Shown here piece by piece: positions 1-14,089 of a stretch of 64,000 nucleotides of DNA (positions are counted from its first letter, which is position 1; each line of letters begins with the position of its first letter). The notes under the pieces were generated by a model, which was given only the letters and a program-made list of their open reading frames with translations, ran no database searches and was not told the DNA's origin. A program made the translations under genes and the position numbers. Origin of the DNA: Yuukianura sp. NJ FZ-2021 (lineage: Eukaryota); contig CM102285.1 in NCBI GenBank assembly GCA_046563655.1, positions 2,356,001-2,420,000 on the forward strand, read 5' to 3'.

Positions 1-1037
1 GACTGACAGAGTTCATTAACCTTTTGAACTTTTGAAAAATACACAATTTACTCAAAATAGCGACCTGCTATTACTAAAATCTTGTAGTAGAATCTTTATT
101 ATTTCCAAGAAAAACAACGATTTCACTACAAATTTAAAAAAAGTTCACCTTTAGCACGGAAGGAAGCCAAGCGTGGCAACATAACACACACAAATGCTGG
201 TTGTCCAGATTAATAACTCCCGAATCGTTCATTTCCCATATGCTTCGTGCTTTCAAACATGACTTTGGTCCCTGAAGTAATTGACCCACCAATGTGATAT
301 TCAATTGCAGATATCACGCTAGTTAAGACAGATCTCGGGAATCCTCATCGGTTTCCGAGGCTTACCAAAGGTCGCACGACTACACAAACGGACAGACAGA
401 CAGACGGACAAACAGACAAACAGATGTACAGAACGTAGCTCAGTACTATATTTCTACTAATGAGAAAACAATTTATCCAGAAGTTCTAAGTATGCTTCCT
501 GAATTAATCACTTTGTTTGCAAAATCGGCCTCTATGGGAACTGGTAGTCATCCCAGAACTCCAGAAGAGCCCTTACCATTGACTCCGTCATTTATTTATA
601 AAATATTTAATCATTACGAAAGTTTTACCTCATCGACAAAATGGGCCTGGGAGGACCCACAAAAATTTTTTAATTGAACGCTAAATAATTCTTATGAGAG
701 ATCAAAGCTAAATTTTATTAGAGAGAATCCGAAAGGTAAAAGAAAATTACATTTTTTTTTCGATTTATAACTGATGATTCATTTTATAGCTAAATTAGGG
801 ACTAATAGCTAATCTTATAGCTAAATTACTAAAATTAATAAAATGCTCAATTCTTTAATTATGTTCACAACGACACGAACTATAGGGATGTATTGGAGGG
901 CATTGAGATACATTAATGTATTCTCCAATTGGAGAATAGTTCTTTATTTAAGCTGCGAACATGCGAACATGCGAGCCGAATATGCGAGCCGATGACGTTG
1001 TGCAGAAGGTTGGTACTACCCAGTACACACCGTAAAT

Positions 1038-2381
1038 TTAGAACATTACGAGCAGGTTAATAACGTTTTGTAGTACGATGTCTGCGTAGAGTGTGAGGAG
1101 GAAGGCTTTTGAGTCCAAGACAAACAACTGCCCAACTCTAACGCTAACTACCTGCCTTGAACGCCAAAATTTGCGTCTGTATTCATTCCTGTTGCGCCGG
1201 TTGTGGATTCCAGCCCACATACACTTTGTGGAGTTTTGGTGGCAAAGTGCTGCTAGACTCACTGTCTCCGTCAGAACAAAAACAATTACGGTAGTCGACA
1301 AAATAAACATTTGAAGCATGCCAATATACTTTCCTTCCAGTGAGGAAACCAACGAGTATATAAAAATAACTAGCATGATTTCGCAACTGCTTATTCCATA
1401 TGCAACTACATTTGCAAAGACGTAGTTGGCTTGCTTGTTCATGACTTGAAGACATGAGTACGTTAAAAAGTGATTGTGGTCCTCGTCTTTCATTTTGTCT
1501 CTGCAAAAGATAGCATACAAATTATTAAAAAGTGCAGAAAAGACTTTGGCTTAATCCTAAAACTTTTAGGTTAAAATTTTTAACCGCTTACAGCAAAAGT
1601 TGAAGCCAAAGCCGTGTTGAATTCATGTATAGTGAAATCGTATTAGCAATTATGAGTGTTGAGAACACAGCGTTGAGAATAGCCAGGCTAAAGAATGTTT
1701 CCATGACTAAAATTGTTAGTCCAGTGATGACCTGGCTGTCCACTCCAAAGCAATAATAAAGAACTGTTCCATACACGCGGTAAATTGATTGGGTGATACG
1801 TGTATCGGAAAATAAAAAGAACGCTACTGTTGTCGGTATGATAATAATACGCGTGTAGTCGAATATCATAGCCGTAACTTTTGGCGCCGACTCGTATCCG
1901 TCTTTTTCTTTTGAAAATAATTGTAGTCCATAACGTTTGTCTGAAAAATTAAACGTAAAGTCAATGAAACTAATACTGTTCAGGCGTAATTTAATTTACA
2001 CTAGAATTCTAATATAATGCAAAAACAATATTACGGAGTTCATTGGTTAATTTGAGGAAGGTTGAGACGATACTATAAATTTCTGTTCCAAATACAAAAT
2101 TCCACAGTTGTGCTCCTGTCGCAACTGAGATAACTATGATCATGCCAGTCATAAAGATGAGCTCTTTGTAGTTATTTTGCACCAGGAAAGCAATGGTACA
2201 ATACAATGCAATTGACATGAAAGACCAGGCAAATAGCTGTAAGGAGTCTGGTATTATATTCGTCACAACTTTTTGCAGCGATCTCACCCTTAATTAGAAC
2301 TACTCGAAATGACGATGACCTCCACTTGCAACCATCATTGAACACCTTCAATGAGTACTTCCAAGTAGTGTAAGACAACAT
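1038..2381 (-). pseudogene. 7TM chemoreceptor-like (GR/OR-superfamily-like) family A, copy 1; 3 exons, frameshifted in exon 1
   Basis: Near-identical to 32060-33403. Exon 1 reads GCCTGGTCTTTCATG versus GCCTGGTCTTAAATTTCATG in the intact copy, a 5-nt deletion near 2220 that splits exon 1 into ORFs 2172-2381 and 2009-2287. Hydrophobic exons; C-terminus FWRSRQVVSVRVGQLFVLDSKAFLLTLYADIVLQNVINLLVMF. Confidence 0.7.
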
Positions 2382-3681
2382 AGTGAAGCTAACGGGGTCT
2401 TAGGAGAGACTAACACAAACACTAATGTCTACCATTTCTTAATAGCACGCGAAGAAGAAAGAAGCTAACAGGAATGAATTTTTAAAACTTAAAAGAAGCT
2501 AACAAGAATGAATTTTTAAAACTTAGGTTTAAACCATATTGTACCCTTGGTTCGTTTTTCTTCTTGTCCGCCTTTCTGGCACGTCTCCCTTAACAATTTA
2601 TAACTTTGATATCGAACGAGTAAATTTTGTGGTCAGCTTTCATGGTTAATTTTTTTTAAATTGGGGAAAAAGTACCGCAACCATTCTTTTTCAATTTTTT
2701 TGAAACAAATATGAACATTTCCCTGATTTTTTGTCTTTAGAAAATCAGTCAATGACCTAAATACATATTTTTTTTCACGGATTAGCTTTCTTTTAATTAA
2801 ACAGGTTGGGTCAAAGTGCTGAAGTTTGCTTCCCAGATCCCAGTTGCTCATAATTATTAGTTATATAGGCAAATAAACCGCTTCCAAATCCGAGTGTACA
2901 AAAGTAGCCAAAGATAGCCCTGCACCATCGAGCGGGTGCTCATACTACACCATTAGTGACCCTAAATTAGTAACTTTGTTTGCGATTTGCGAAATCGGCT
3001 TCCAAGAAAACTGGTTAACATTTCAAAACTCCCACTGCGGCCTAACAAACCCTTGTTTACGTCATTAAGTTTATTTGGAAACTAATTAAAAATTATTAAA
3101 GATTTACCCTGTCGACTTTTTATGGCTGGGACTTTTTATGTTTGACTTTTTTGCCTGGGACGAGCGACAAAGGAATTTGAAAATTGAATGCTGAATAATT
3201 CAAAACTAGAGGTAAAAGCTAACTTTTATTATACAGAATCTAAAAACCCGTGTTCATTTGCAGATAACTATAGCTTTCTCCCAGAGTTAACTATTCTAAT
3301 TTTTGGACTTTTACCTAACCTAACCTTTAAGCCAGAGGGCGCTGAAAACACCAAATTTTTTGACTATGCAAATGAGGAGAAAGCGATAGTTATCTGTAAG
3401 TTATTATTGCTAATCTAAAACTAAAATCCAAATTACATTTTATGTATATGTTCTACTTATGATTTATTTTGTAGTTACATTAGGATAAACAAAGATAATT
3501 GTTGTCGATATTGTCCATTTTTTAATTATATTTACAGCGGACGGTTAGATACATTCGAGAATAGTGTGTGACTTAAAGTGTACAGTTAGAATTCAACGAG
3601 CACCACAATGACGTTTTGCAGGACGATTTCTCCGGAGACTGTTAGCGGCGGGGTTGGTATCACTAAATACATAGCATACAT

Positions 3682-5566
3682 TTAGAACGCAACGAGGAGG
3701 TTAATGACGTTTTGTAGTACGATGTCTGCGTAGAGTGTGATGAGGTATGCCTTTGAGTCCAGCACAAACAACTGCCCAACTCTAATGTTAACTAGCTGTC
3801 TTGAACACCAAAAGCTCCGACTGTACTCTGGACTCCCCTGCTGATCGTGGATTCCGGCCCATCTACATTTTATGGAGTTTTTCTGACATAGTGCTGCTAG
3901 ACTCACTGCCTCCGTCAGAATAAAAACAATTACTGTGATAACTAAGACAAACATTTGAAGTAGGACAATGTACTTTGCGTTGAAATATTTTAGTAAAGTA
4001 TATATAAATATAATTAAAATGATTTCGCAGCAGCATATTGCATAGGCTACCACGTTTGCAAAGACGTAGTTTGTATGTTTGTTCATAACTTGGAGGCATG
4101 TGTAGCTTCGAGCCTTCTGTTTATCCATGTCATCATTCATTCCTTTCCTTCAATAGAAAGCACAAATTTTAATTGAAAAATGCGCTTAATTTTCGAATTA
4201 TACTAGATAAAGAGGGTAGCCTATCGAACTAAGGTTTGTTGACTTTGATTTTCTTTAGCCGGTTGGGTAATACCATGTGTTTTTCCTATTTTACAAAAAA
4301 AAGTGTCTTTTCAATATAAGGCATCGTAGTCAGCCTTGTACTGTCCTCCTGCTTCCAGTGTTCGCCGCTTTCGTCGAGGAACAGTAGATTCTGCTTCCAA
4401 TCTTCCGTATTCCGGCTTCCAGAGATTCTTTTGCCTTCAAATCTTTCGTCTTCCGGCTTCCAAAGAATATTTTGTCGTCCATACTTCCGGCTTCAAAAAT
4501 TCCAGAGGTTTGGAGGAATTTTCCGGAATACAGTACATCACTGAACGTAGTGAAAACAATACACCCAAATTTTTTCAATTTTTGCGTACAAATTATTGGT
4601 ATTAATTATTAGTAATTTTTTAATCTTTTAATCTTTTTTTCGTCGACAAGCGAGGTAGTACCCAACCTGTTAAAAAAATTCGCCCTTTGTTGCCAAGAAC
4701 CTTGCTATCGAACTTATTTTGATACAACGGTATACAAAAAAAAACGGCCAGATTTGGTACTCATCATGTTAAACATAGTTTTACTTTACTTACGTTAAAT
4801 GTTGAAGCCAAAGTTTCGTTGTGTTTGTGTACATTAAAGCGCTGTTGGTAAACACAAATAATGCAAAAATGGCATTTATAATCGCCAAGCCAAATAGTGT
4901 TTCCGATATTAAAATTGTGCTGCCAACTATGATCCAGTTGTCCACTCCAAAGCAATACCGAAGAACTGCCTCATATAAAATATATGTTGCTCGGCTTATA
5001 TGTGTATTGGAAAATGCAAAAAATGATGCCATTGCGGGGGCAATAAAGATGCGCGTGTATGAAAATGCCACATGCGTAACTTTTAGTGCTGGTTCATATC
5101 CGTCTTTTTCTTTTGAAATTACGGGTAATGCATAACTTTTATCTAAAAAAAATTAAAGAGCAATTGACAATGACTTTGTCGAAGTCCAAAAATTAATAAG
5201 CTAAATGAAATTACGGAGTTGATTGTTGAATTTGAGGAAAGTTGAGATGAAGCCGTAAATTTCTTTTTCATATACAAAGTACCATAACTGCATTCCAGTG
5301 AAGAATGAGATACCTAAGATACATCCAGAAATGAAGAAGAGCTCTCTGTGGTCATTTTGAATCAGTAGCGCAGTAGCAGAATATATTACGATAGTCATGA
5401 AATTTAAGACAATACAAATAGCTGTAAATAGTGTGGCGGAGTAGTAGTTGCGTTTGTGTGGAACGATTTCATCTTTCACAATAATTAGTACAAATGTGCA
5501 CAACATCCAATGGGAGCCATTGCTGAACGCGTTCAATATGTACTTCCAAGAAACTTGAGACAGCAT
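3682..5566 (-). CDS. 7TM chemoreceptor-like family A, copy 2 (MLSQVSWKY type), 3 exons
   Basis: ORFs 5201-5566, 4790-5071 and 3682-4140 have GT/AG boundaries matching the paralogs; same conserved C-terminal motif; multi-TM composition. Confidence 0.75.
4229..4704. mobile_element. P-element-like MITE (C[T]AAGG...CCTTG) in intron 2 of receptor copy 2
   Basis: 8-bp TSD CTATCGAA at 4221-4228 and 4705-4712; termini and subterminal sequence shared with 27655-27922 and 36208-36487. Confidence 0.7.
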
Positions 5567-5723
5567 AATGTAACTTGAATTGAATGCTTGACAAAGTTGG
5601 AACGGCCTAATCTAAATTAAGTGCTGTCTAATGATTATAGAACTGGAAACTGAGAACTCATGGAGTCATTTAAAATAACTTGATTACTTGATCAATCCTT
5701 CTTTTGAATTGGTTGTTTTTTTT

Positions 5724-6153
5724 AGCGAAAAGTAGACACCCCAAAATTGTTTCCATGGCATATTTTTTTTGCGATTTCTGGGGGGAGATTGAGACCAAAA
5801 AACGAAATCCATTTACACGAATTTATATTGTGCAGAGTATTTTTTTTTAATTTGGTACACACCACCCCGCACAATTTTGAAAATAAACAAACTTTTGAGT
5901 TTTTTTTTTATTTTTTTTTTTATTTGCCATTTATTCTTGTCATTTTTCTTTCATAATTGTTAGTGACAAGATACCCACGCTAGTGGCTTTACATCTTGTC
6001 AATTGAATTATCAGTCTTTAATCTTTCATTAACCCGTTCAAATTGTGTTTTTTTTAACGTTTAAAATAAAATAAAAAGAAAATTACTCGTTAACTTAACC
6101 CTAAGACTTATTTCGTATTAAGTTCTTAAGTTTGTTGGTGTCTACTTTTCGCT
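5724..6153. mobile_element. MITE-like element with 17-bp inverted termini
   Basis: AGCGAAAAGTAGACACC at 5724 and its reverse complement GGTGTCTACTTTTCGCT ending at 6153; AT-rich non-coding interior; TSD not resolved. Confidence 0.5.
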
Positions 6154-6893
6154 GAACAGCGGTATAATGCCGCCAAGACCCTCAATGGTTCTACTTTCTC
6201 GTTGGTGAGTTTAAAAGTCTTTAAATAAAATAGATGTTAAAGTGCTCACATTCGAATGTGAAGTAGCAAGGAATGCATTCCTGGCTACTTAAATTTCGTT
6301 GTTCAGGAATTTCCATCAATAAACCGGTTGTACCTTTGTTTGTAAAATCGGTTTCTATGGAAACTGGTTGCCACTTCAGAACACAGAACTTCACTTGACT
6401 CCATTTGTCATGTTTATTTGAAAAGTATTGAACCAGGAAAGTTCTACATTTCGAATTTAGGCCTGAGCGGAACGACAAAGTTTTTTGAATAATGAATGAT
6501 AATTGCTAAATAACTATTAAGAGTGAGATGAAAACTAAATTTTGTTAGAATCTAACAGCAAAAACAAAATTACATTTTTGTCAGGTTCTACTGATGATTC
6601 TTTTTATAATTAAACAATGCACACCACAGCCCCCTGCAAATGGCGCCCATAGCAACCAACGCAATTTTTTGTTTGTGACGTCACCAGCTCAAAATACCGT
6701 AATCGTGAAATTGGAACCCGCTGGCACTTATGTAAACAAGATGTGTCTTACGGGTTTCTATAGGACCCCACCAATAATTGGCAGAATTCCGGTATTTTCA
6801 GCGGGTGACGTCATTTTTCCACATGGCAACCAAACAAATTTTCCATTCGCACTACCTAGTAGTATTCTATTTACCTTGTGCAACACCATAAAT

Positions 6894-9411
6894 TTAGAAC
6901 ATTACGAGCAGATTAATAACGTTTTGTAGTACGATGTCTGCGTAGAGTGTGAGGAGGTAGGCTTTCGAGTCGAGCACAAACAACTGGCCAAGTCTTACGT
7001 TAATTAGTTGCCTTGAACGCCAAAATTTGTAGTTATATTCGTTTCTGTTGCGCATGTTGTGGATTCCGGCCCATCTACACTTTATGGAGTTTTGGTGGCA
7101 AAGTGCTGCGAGACTCACACCCTCCGTCATAATGAAAATAATTACGGTTGTAGCCAAGACAAACATTTGCAGTAGGATGATGTACTTTCCCTTCAGCGAC
7201 ACAACAAAAGTGTATATAAATATAACCAGCATGACTTCGCAACAGCTTATTGCATACGCAACTGAGTTTGCAAAGAGGTAGTTGGCCTGATTGTTCATGA
7301 CTTGAAGATATGTGTATGTTAGACCGTGGTTGTGTTCCCCATCATTCATTTTGTCCCTTTCAAAACACAGCACAAATTATTGCAAGTGCAGAAAGGCTTT
7401 ATTTTATAACCAGAGTTGGTCTAAATTATTGCTTTATTTTTTTGCATTGCATTGTCTTTTAAGGCTTTGTTATGCTAGCATATAATTTAACATAAGCAAT
7501 AATAAATAAACCGGTTGTAAACCGCGCATAACGAAATAGCTCAAGCCAATGGATGGTTTTCCCCCAGCCGGGGAATGTGGGGGGTGGGTACTCACTCTTT
7601 TCCCCGTATTCTTCCCCGTTTCCCCTACATTCCCCACCATTTTCCACACTCACACGCCTCTCCCCGGGAGAGTGGGGGTGGGTTCCCCCCACTTTCCCGC
7701 CCCCCGGGGGAGTGGGGGTGTTCCCCAACTTTTTCGCTACGCACCCCAGGAAGCGCGGGTGTGTGTTCCGCCCACTTTCCGCCCCGGGGGAAATGGGGGC
7801 AGGTTCCCCCCACTTTTCCGCCCCCCCCCCCGGGGAGTGGGGGTGGGTTCCCCCACTTTTCCGCCCCCCCCCCCGGAGAGTGGGGGTGGGTTCCCCCTAC
7901 TTTTCCGGCCCCCCCGGGGGAGTGGGGGGAGGTGCCCCCCACTTTTCCGCCCCCCCTTAGGGGGAGTGGGGGGAGGTTCCCCCACTTTTCCGCCCCCCCC
8001 CGGGGGAGTGGGGGGAGGTTCCCCCACTTTTCCGCCCGCCCCCCCCCCGGGGGGAGTGGGGGTGTGTTCCCACCACTTCGCCCACCTACGATGCCTATGT
8101 GAATGGGCAAGGTAGCAGGCTTGCCCATTTACAGTGTATGTTAATATGTTGACCTTTGTTCCCTGTTTTGACCCCCTTGGAGGGGTCAGAGACCCATGGT
8201 TCATATACCAAAGTTGTTCCCCTCAATAAGAGGAACAACTTTTGTCAAGGTCATTTTCCCGGTTTTATATTGAAAAGGTCAATGACCTTGACCTTTGACC
8301 CAGTAAAAGGTCACGGATCCGGATGATATTCAATAGTGAACAGGTCCGGGTCATGACATGGTGACTGGTGAAAGCCCGGTTGAAATTGGTCCAGTAGTTT
8401 CTGAGATAATAATTTGGGACAGACAGAGAGACAGACAGACAGACATGAATCAGATTATTAAATAGCTTTCGCTATTTAATAATGCGAATAAATTTTTGCT
8501 TATACGTAAGATCAAGCTTGATCGTACAAATAACCAAAAATTTATTCGAAAACAGTCCCTTCGCCGTCTTACGAGGAAAAAAATCAATATTTTAGAGCTA
8601 AATTTTAACCGCTTACAACAAAAGGTGAAGCCACAGTCGCGTTGAGTTCAAGTACAGTGAAAGCGTATTGACAACCATCAGCGCTGCAAATAGAGCATTA
8701 AGAACAGCCAGACTAAAGAATGTTTCCATGACTAAAATTATTAGTCCAGTGATGACTTGGCTGTCCACTCCGAAACAATAATGCACAACTGTTCCATACA
8801 GACGGTATGTTGACTGAGTTATGCAAGTATCGGAAAATAAAAAGAATGTTACAGTTGCAGGTACGATAATAATACGCGTGTAGTCAAATATCTTTGCCGT
8901 AACTTTTGGCGCCGATTCGTAGCCGTCTTTTTCTTTTGAAAATATTGGCAATCCATAACGCTTGTCTGAAAAATTAAACGTGAAGTTAATAAATACGGGT
9001 CAAGTGCAAAATTAATTTTAAAACACTCAAATACTTAATTGAAAAAACTATAGTATTACGAAGGTCATTGGTTAATTTGAAGAAAGTTGAGATGACGCTA
9101 TAAATTTCTGCTCCAAATGCAAAGTTCCAGAGTTGTATTCCAGTCACAAATGAGATAATTATGATCATTCCAGTCATAAAGAAGAGCTCTTTGTAGTTAT
9201 TTTGTACCAGCAACGCAATGATACAATACAATGCAATTGACATGAAATTTAATACTAGACAAATAGCTGTAAGCACTTTGGTAGTATATTCGTTACAACT
9301 TTTTGCGGCGATCTCACCCTTAATTAGAACCACTCGAAATGACGATGCCCTCCACTTGCAACCATCATTGAACACCTTCAATGAGTACTTCCAAGTAGTG
9401 TAAGACAACAT
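6894..9411 (-). CDS. 7TM chemoreceptor-like family A, copy 3 (MLSYTTWKY type), 3 exons, intron 2 enlarged by an insertion
   Basis: ORFs 8986-9411, 8613-8951 and 6894-7373 are colinear with the paralogs. Confidence 0.75.
7560..8090. repeat. GC-rich ~40-bp minisatellite (approx. CCCCCCGGGGGAGTGGGGGTGGGTTCCCCCACTTTTCCG) inside an intronic insertion
   Basis: About a dozen tandem units with variable G/C run lengths in an otherwise AT-rich window. Confidence 0.9.
8100..8470. mobile_element. Probable non-autonomous Helitron/DINE-like repeat with a (GACA)n seed; related pieces near 325-450, 9840-10000 and 33990-34113
   Basis: GTTTCTGAGATAAT...GACAGACAGAGAGACAGACAGACAGAC; the motifs TTGACCTTTGACCC and GGATGATATTCAATAGTGAACA are shared with 9841-9895. 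Confidence 0.45.
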
Positions 9412-11125
9412 AGTGAAGCTAACGTGGTCTCAGGAGAGACTAACCCAAACACTATTGTCTAACATTTCTTAATAGAACGCGAAGAAAAAAGAAGCTAACA
9501 AGATTGAATTTTTAATACTTATAAGCCATATTGTAGCCTTGGTACTTTGATATCAAACGAGTAAATTTTGTTGTCAGCTTTCATGTCTTATTATTTTAAA
9601 TTGGGGGGAAAGTTCCGCAACCATTTTTTTTTGTTTTCCATTTTTGTTTAAATAGTTATGAACATTTGCTTGCTTTTTTGTCTCTTGAAAACTCAGTTCA
9701 TGGCTTTTTTTTTCGAGGATAAGTATAAAATTCTTTGAATTAAACAGTTTAACGGAAAGTTCGCTTCCCATTTGCTCATAATTGGTCGTATAGATAAAAA
9801 ATCCGGTCGTAACCCGGAGTATACGAAAGTAGCGAAGCATTTGACCTTTGACCCGGAAGGAGTTGACCCACCGGGATGATATTCAATAGTGAACATCACC
9901 GGGTCACCCGGTAAAACAGATCCCGGAAATGTTGAGCGGTTCCCGAGATAATCGCCGCTGACGGCCGGCCGGACCGGCGCCAGAAGTGCCGAACTATGCA
10001 TCAGGGGTCTCCACGGAGCACTTTTGTGCGCGTTCGCTACTTGTGTACATTCCAATTTACATAGTATGCCTCATATACCTACAATATGTACGACACATCC
10101 AAATACATGTGGCATATCAATTGATTGTTGTTTTATTGACGTGATTTATGAATAGTCAAGAAACGTGACTGAAATTCTAAAAACTGGAAAAGTCAAGTTC
10201 ATATTGTTAAGAATTTATTCAGAAAGCGTCAAAATTGTACAAAATTTGCCGGGAGTTAGATCAATTCGCAAAATTTAAATCTTACTTTCTGGAATATTTC
10301 CAGTAATTCTCCTCAATGCCAATGCAAAACCTCAAGAGTGGCGAAACGAATCAATTGCTGCAAGACTGCAATTGAGATTTCAAACTTGCGTTTTAATAAT
10401 CTAAAACAATTCAAGTTCACCAGCAATATGATAAATCACGAAAATTTTACGTATATTTTTTTTTACTACATTTATGCTTAAGCCATTCAGATTAAGATAT
10501 AGATTATTCAGGTACCTTTTAACTTATTCAATTTGAATAAGTCATGACAAATATTATGCATAAAAATTTAGTAGTCGTAAGGTTTACACATGATTGTAAT
10601 AACCGTACGGTGTAGCCACTTTGCAGCTTCTACTAGTTGATAGTAATAACAACATACAAGGTATACGCTTGGTTGGCTGCGCTGTATCGCTATGTAAGGC
10701 GGGTTACCCGTTAGATTGGCTGCAAATGTTGCCATTCAGTTGTAGCCGTCTAGTATAGCGTCGCATGGTGGCCGGATTGGCTCACTGTTTGGTTGTTACA
10801 GTAGTTAAGCCGTACTTCAACAAAAGATTGCAATTGCAAGTCCTATTTGCAGAATAAGAATAGATGTCTTATTTTGCCATTGCAAAAGCTTCAGAAATTG
10901 GTAAATAATTGAATCATATGTTTAACCATTCAGTTTCGCACGTCATGTGTCGTCGTTCATCAGTTTAGGGTTTCTGGTTTCATTGATCGTTTATCTTCTA
11001 CTCTTTGTGAATAACCAAGCATCCGTCGTCATCCACATTACGTAAGAACAACACAACTGTCGAATCCTTCTGAAGTTCTCGGTTGTTTATTTCGCCATTA
11101 CTTTGTATTCACAACAGCGAGAAGC

Positions 11126-14089
11126 ATGGTTGACGGAAAACGCAGAAATCAGCTGCTTACGTTTTTAGTCGTAGTTTTGAGCTTGAGGTCAACTTTTGGA
11201 GCATCGGAGGTACAAACCGGAAATGAAAGTACTTCATCCAATCCATTGAATTGCACCAATGGCGTAGGAGGATTGTGCTCAGTAGACAATCAAACTAGGT
11301 AATCTGTCTCTCTTTCGTTTACTCAACAAAAGTTCTATAAATATGTTTCGTGTTCTAGATCTGGCACTCCCTCAAGTTCGAAAGCGGCCAACAACACGGC
11401 GGTCATTCCAACGTCTAGTCCGTCTCCGGATGCGGGACTTCTTCCTGAAAAGGGAGCAGCAGAACAGGAACATGATAGTTCCATGGCTATTTTTTTCGTC
11501 CTCTGTGTCCTAGGTAAGAGCACTGGCCAAGACTGACTTAGTATTTGTTACTGTACTGTACCTGAAAGTAACAGTCGTTCTTTGTTGCTTTACAGCTCTT
11601 TGTATCCTTTTTATTCATGGCATGATTCAAACGGAGTTGCAGTATTTACCAGAATCCATTGTAGTCATATTTCTCGGAGCGCTCATTGGACTTTTTCTTA
11701 AATTAATATCGGATTCAAATGCATACTTCGGTAACTGGCGGGTAACTTCTACATTTTCATGTTGAATACAAGAAAAGAACGTGCTCAACTTCTCGCTGTT
11801 AGTACTCGCTAAGTGCAGATATTTTACTAGAGTCTTTTTTTTTTTTAGAAAGAGGAAGCATTGTCTCCAACTGCGTTCTTCCTAGTCCTCCTGCCACCAA
11901 TCATATTCGAGTCAGGCTACAATTTACACAAGGTAAATATTACCGGAGTATTTCTAGCAAACTATAATATTTACAAAAGTTTTGTCTGTCAGGGGAACTT
12001 TTTTCAAAACATTGGCTCAATTTGTGTCTTCGCCATATTTGGCACAATCGTCAATGCTGTTGTGATTGGATCCGGTGTCTACTTGCTTGGACTAGTAAAA
12101 CAAAACAGCATTAACAACCTTATGTATTTGTTAAAAACAAAACGAGTATTGGGATCATTCGTTTTTTTTCTCCAGGCTGATGTTGTGTACAAATTAGACT
12201 TCGTTGAAAGTTTTGCCTTCGGTAGTGTTATATCTGCTGTGGATCCAGTGGCAACGCTGGCAATTTTTGTAAGTCGTTCAAGTCGATATAAATTTTGTTA
12301 CATCAGTACAGTTCTGAGAACAACCTTTCCCTTTGTCCTAGAATGCGCTGGACACAGATCCTATTTTAAACATGCTTGTCTTTGGAGAAAGTATTTTAAA
12401 CGATGCTGTTGCTATCGTCTTAACCTCGTAAGTTGCTAAAAACCGTGCGAGTTGCACTTGCACTTCCACACTATATTTTTTCTGTTCCGCTTGTTCACCA
12501 TACTTAACTCTAAATAGTAAGTGCCATTACACAATAATTCGATTTTTCATAACTTGCAGAACAGTGCTACAATTCAACACCGATTCATCCACTACCCTTC
12601 TCCAGGGAGTTAGCAATTTTTGCTTGATGTTCTTTGCGTCAGCCGGAATTGGCGTTCTGTTTGCCCTTGTGAGTGCCCTATTGCTGAAGCATGTTGATTT
12701 ACGGAAGAATCCGTCGCTGGAATTTGGAATTATGCTGATTTTTACGTACCTTCCGTATGCTCTTGCTGAAGGAATTCACTTATCCGGTAAAGAAAAGAAA
12801 CTAAAAGTAATATTCTGATTAATCGATTAACCTTTTAAGTTTTAACCTTGTCTCTTTTGTTTTTAATAGGAATCATGGCTATTTTATTCTGCGGGATCGT
12901 GATGTCACATTATACTCACTTCAACTTGTCTCCAATCACGCAAATTACAATGCAGCAAACGATGAGAACTCTTTCGTTTATCGCCGGTAAGTGACATTTC
13001 ACCTCCACATCTTCAGTGTATCCGTTCCGTTTGTAATCTGCACTCTTGTAATTTCACTTTCGTTTTTTTAGAAACATGCGTTTTTGCCTACCTCGGTCTA
13101 GCCATCTTTAGTTTTCACCATCGAATAGAATTTTCCTTGGTCATTTGGAGTCTTTTCTTGTGCTTGGCTGGAAGAGCTCTGAACATTTTCCCTTTGGGAA
13201 ATCTCGTGAATAGGTTCCGGTCTCATCAGATTACAAACAAGATGTTATTTATAATGTGGTTCAGCGGTCTACGTGGAGCAATTGCGTATGCACTTTCTCT
13301 TCACCTGGAATTTGCAAAAGATGTGAGACAAGTGATTATCACAACGACTCTAATCATTATTCTATTCACAACACTCGTTCTGGGTGGACTCACAATGCCA
13401 CTGATCAAGGTAAGGATAAATGTTGTTGCGTATTTGCTTTTTTTTTCTAATGCTGATTTTATAAATATTTCCGAATCTGCAGCACGTTTCCGGAGACAAG
13501 AAGTCGAGCAGACAACGCTCACGACGTCGAAGACGAAGTCGAACGAAGGAAATATCCTTGAGCAAAACTAAGGAAATGGTGAGATGGTGGATTATTTACA
13601 TTACATACAACTAAAGTCTTGTGCACTAGGACGTCGATTGAATCAGTTTTTCTTTTACAGGGCCAAACAATTGATTCAGAGCATTTATCTGAAATTACTG
13701 AAGAGGAAATGGATCCCAGTGACCTGTCGAAGCACAACGCCTTCGTCAAGGCGGATATGAAGTATTTTAAACCGTTCTTTACCCGACGGTTTACACAACA
13801 GGTACGAACCTGATCTCTTTCCAAGCATAGTTCTTCTCCACATCCTCTCATTTACGGTGTTGACTTATGATTTGAACATGAGTTTACCTAATTTTATTGC
13901 TTTTCTTGATTGATTTAGGAGCTAAAAGACTGTCAATCCCAAATGACTGATCTGACGAATCGGTGGTACCAAAACGTCCGCGTATCGCCAGTGAACACTG
14001 AAGATGAAGAGGACGTAGTTGAATTTAGTACCGTCTCTGATACTTGTGTTATCATCCACAACCAGCATCAGTCCAACGGAGTCCAATGA
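11126..14089 (+). CDS. SLC9A8: Sodium/hydrogen exchanger 8 (NHE8), multi-exon
   Basis: N-terminal signal-like segment; motifs AAEQEHDSSMAIFFVL, FFLVLLPPIIFESGYNLHK, SAVDPVATLAIF, VFGESILNDAVAIVL, WFSGLRGAIAYALSL, KPFFTRRFTQQELKDC; canonical introns. Confidence 0.93.

Noticed and set aside
885-990. Short palindromes and ATGCGAAC/ATGCGAGCCG repeats 3' of receptor copy 1
   Set aside because: Too short and only partly conserved in the duplicate at ~33450-33530 to support a structured RNA.
4330-4605. ORFs of 82-89 aa inside the receptor intron
   Set aside because: They lie in a repetitive TCCGGCTTCCA segment within a MITE; no protein-like features.
7459-8204. Six overlapping Pro/Gly-rich ORFs
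   Set aside because: By-products of the stop-free GC-rich minisatellite in an intron; open in most frames with no coding signature.
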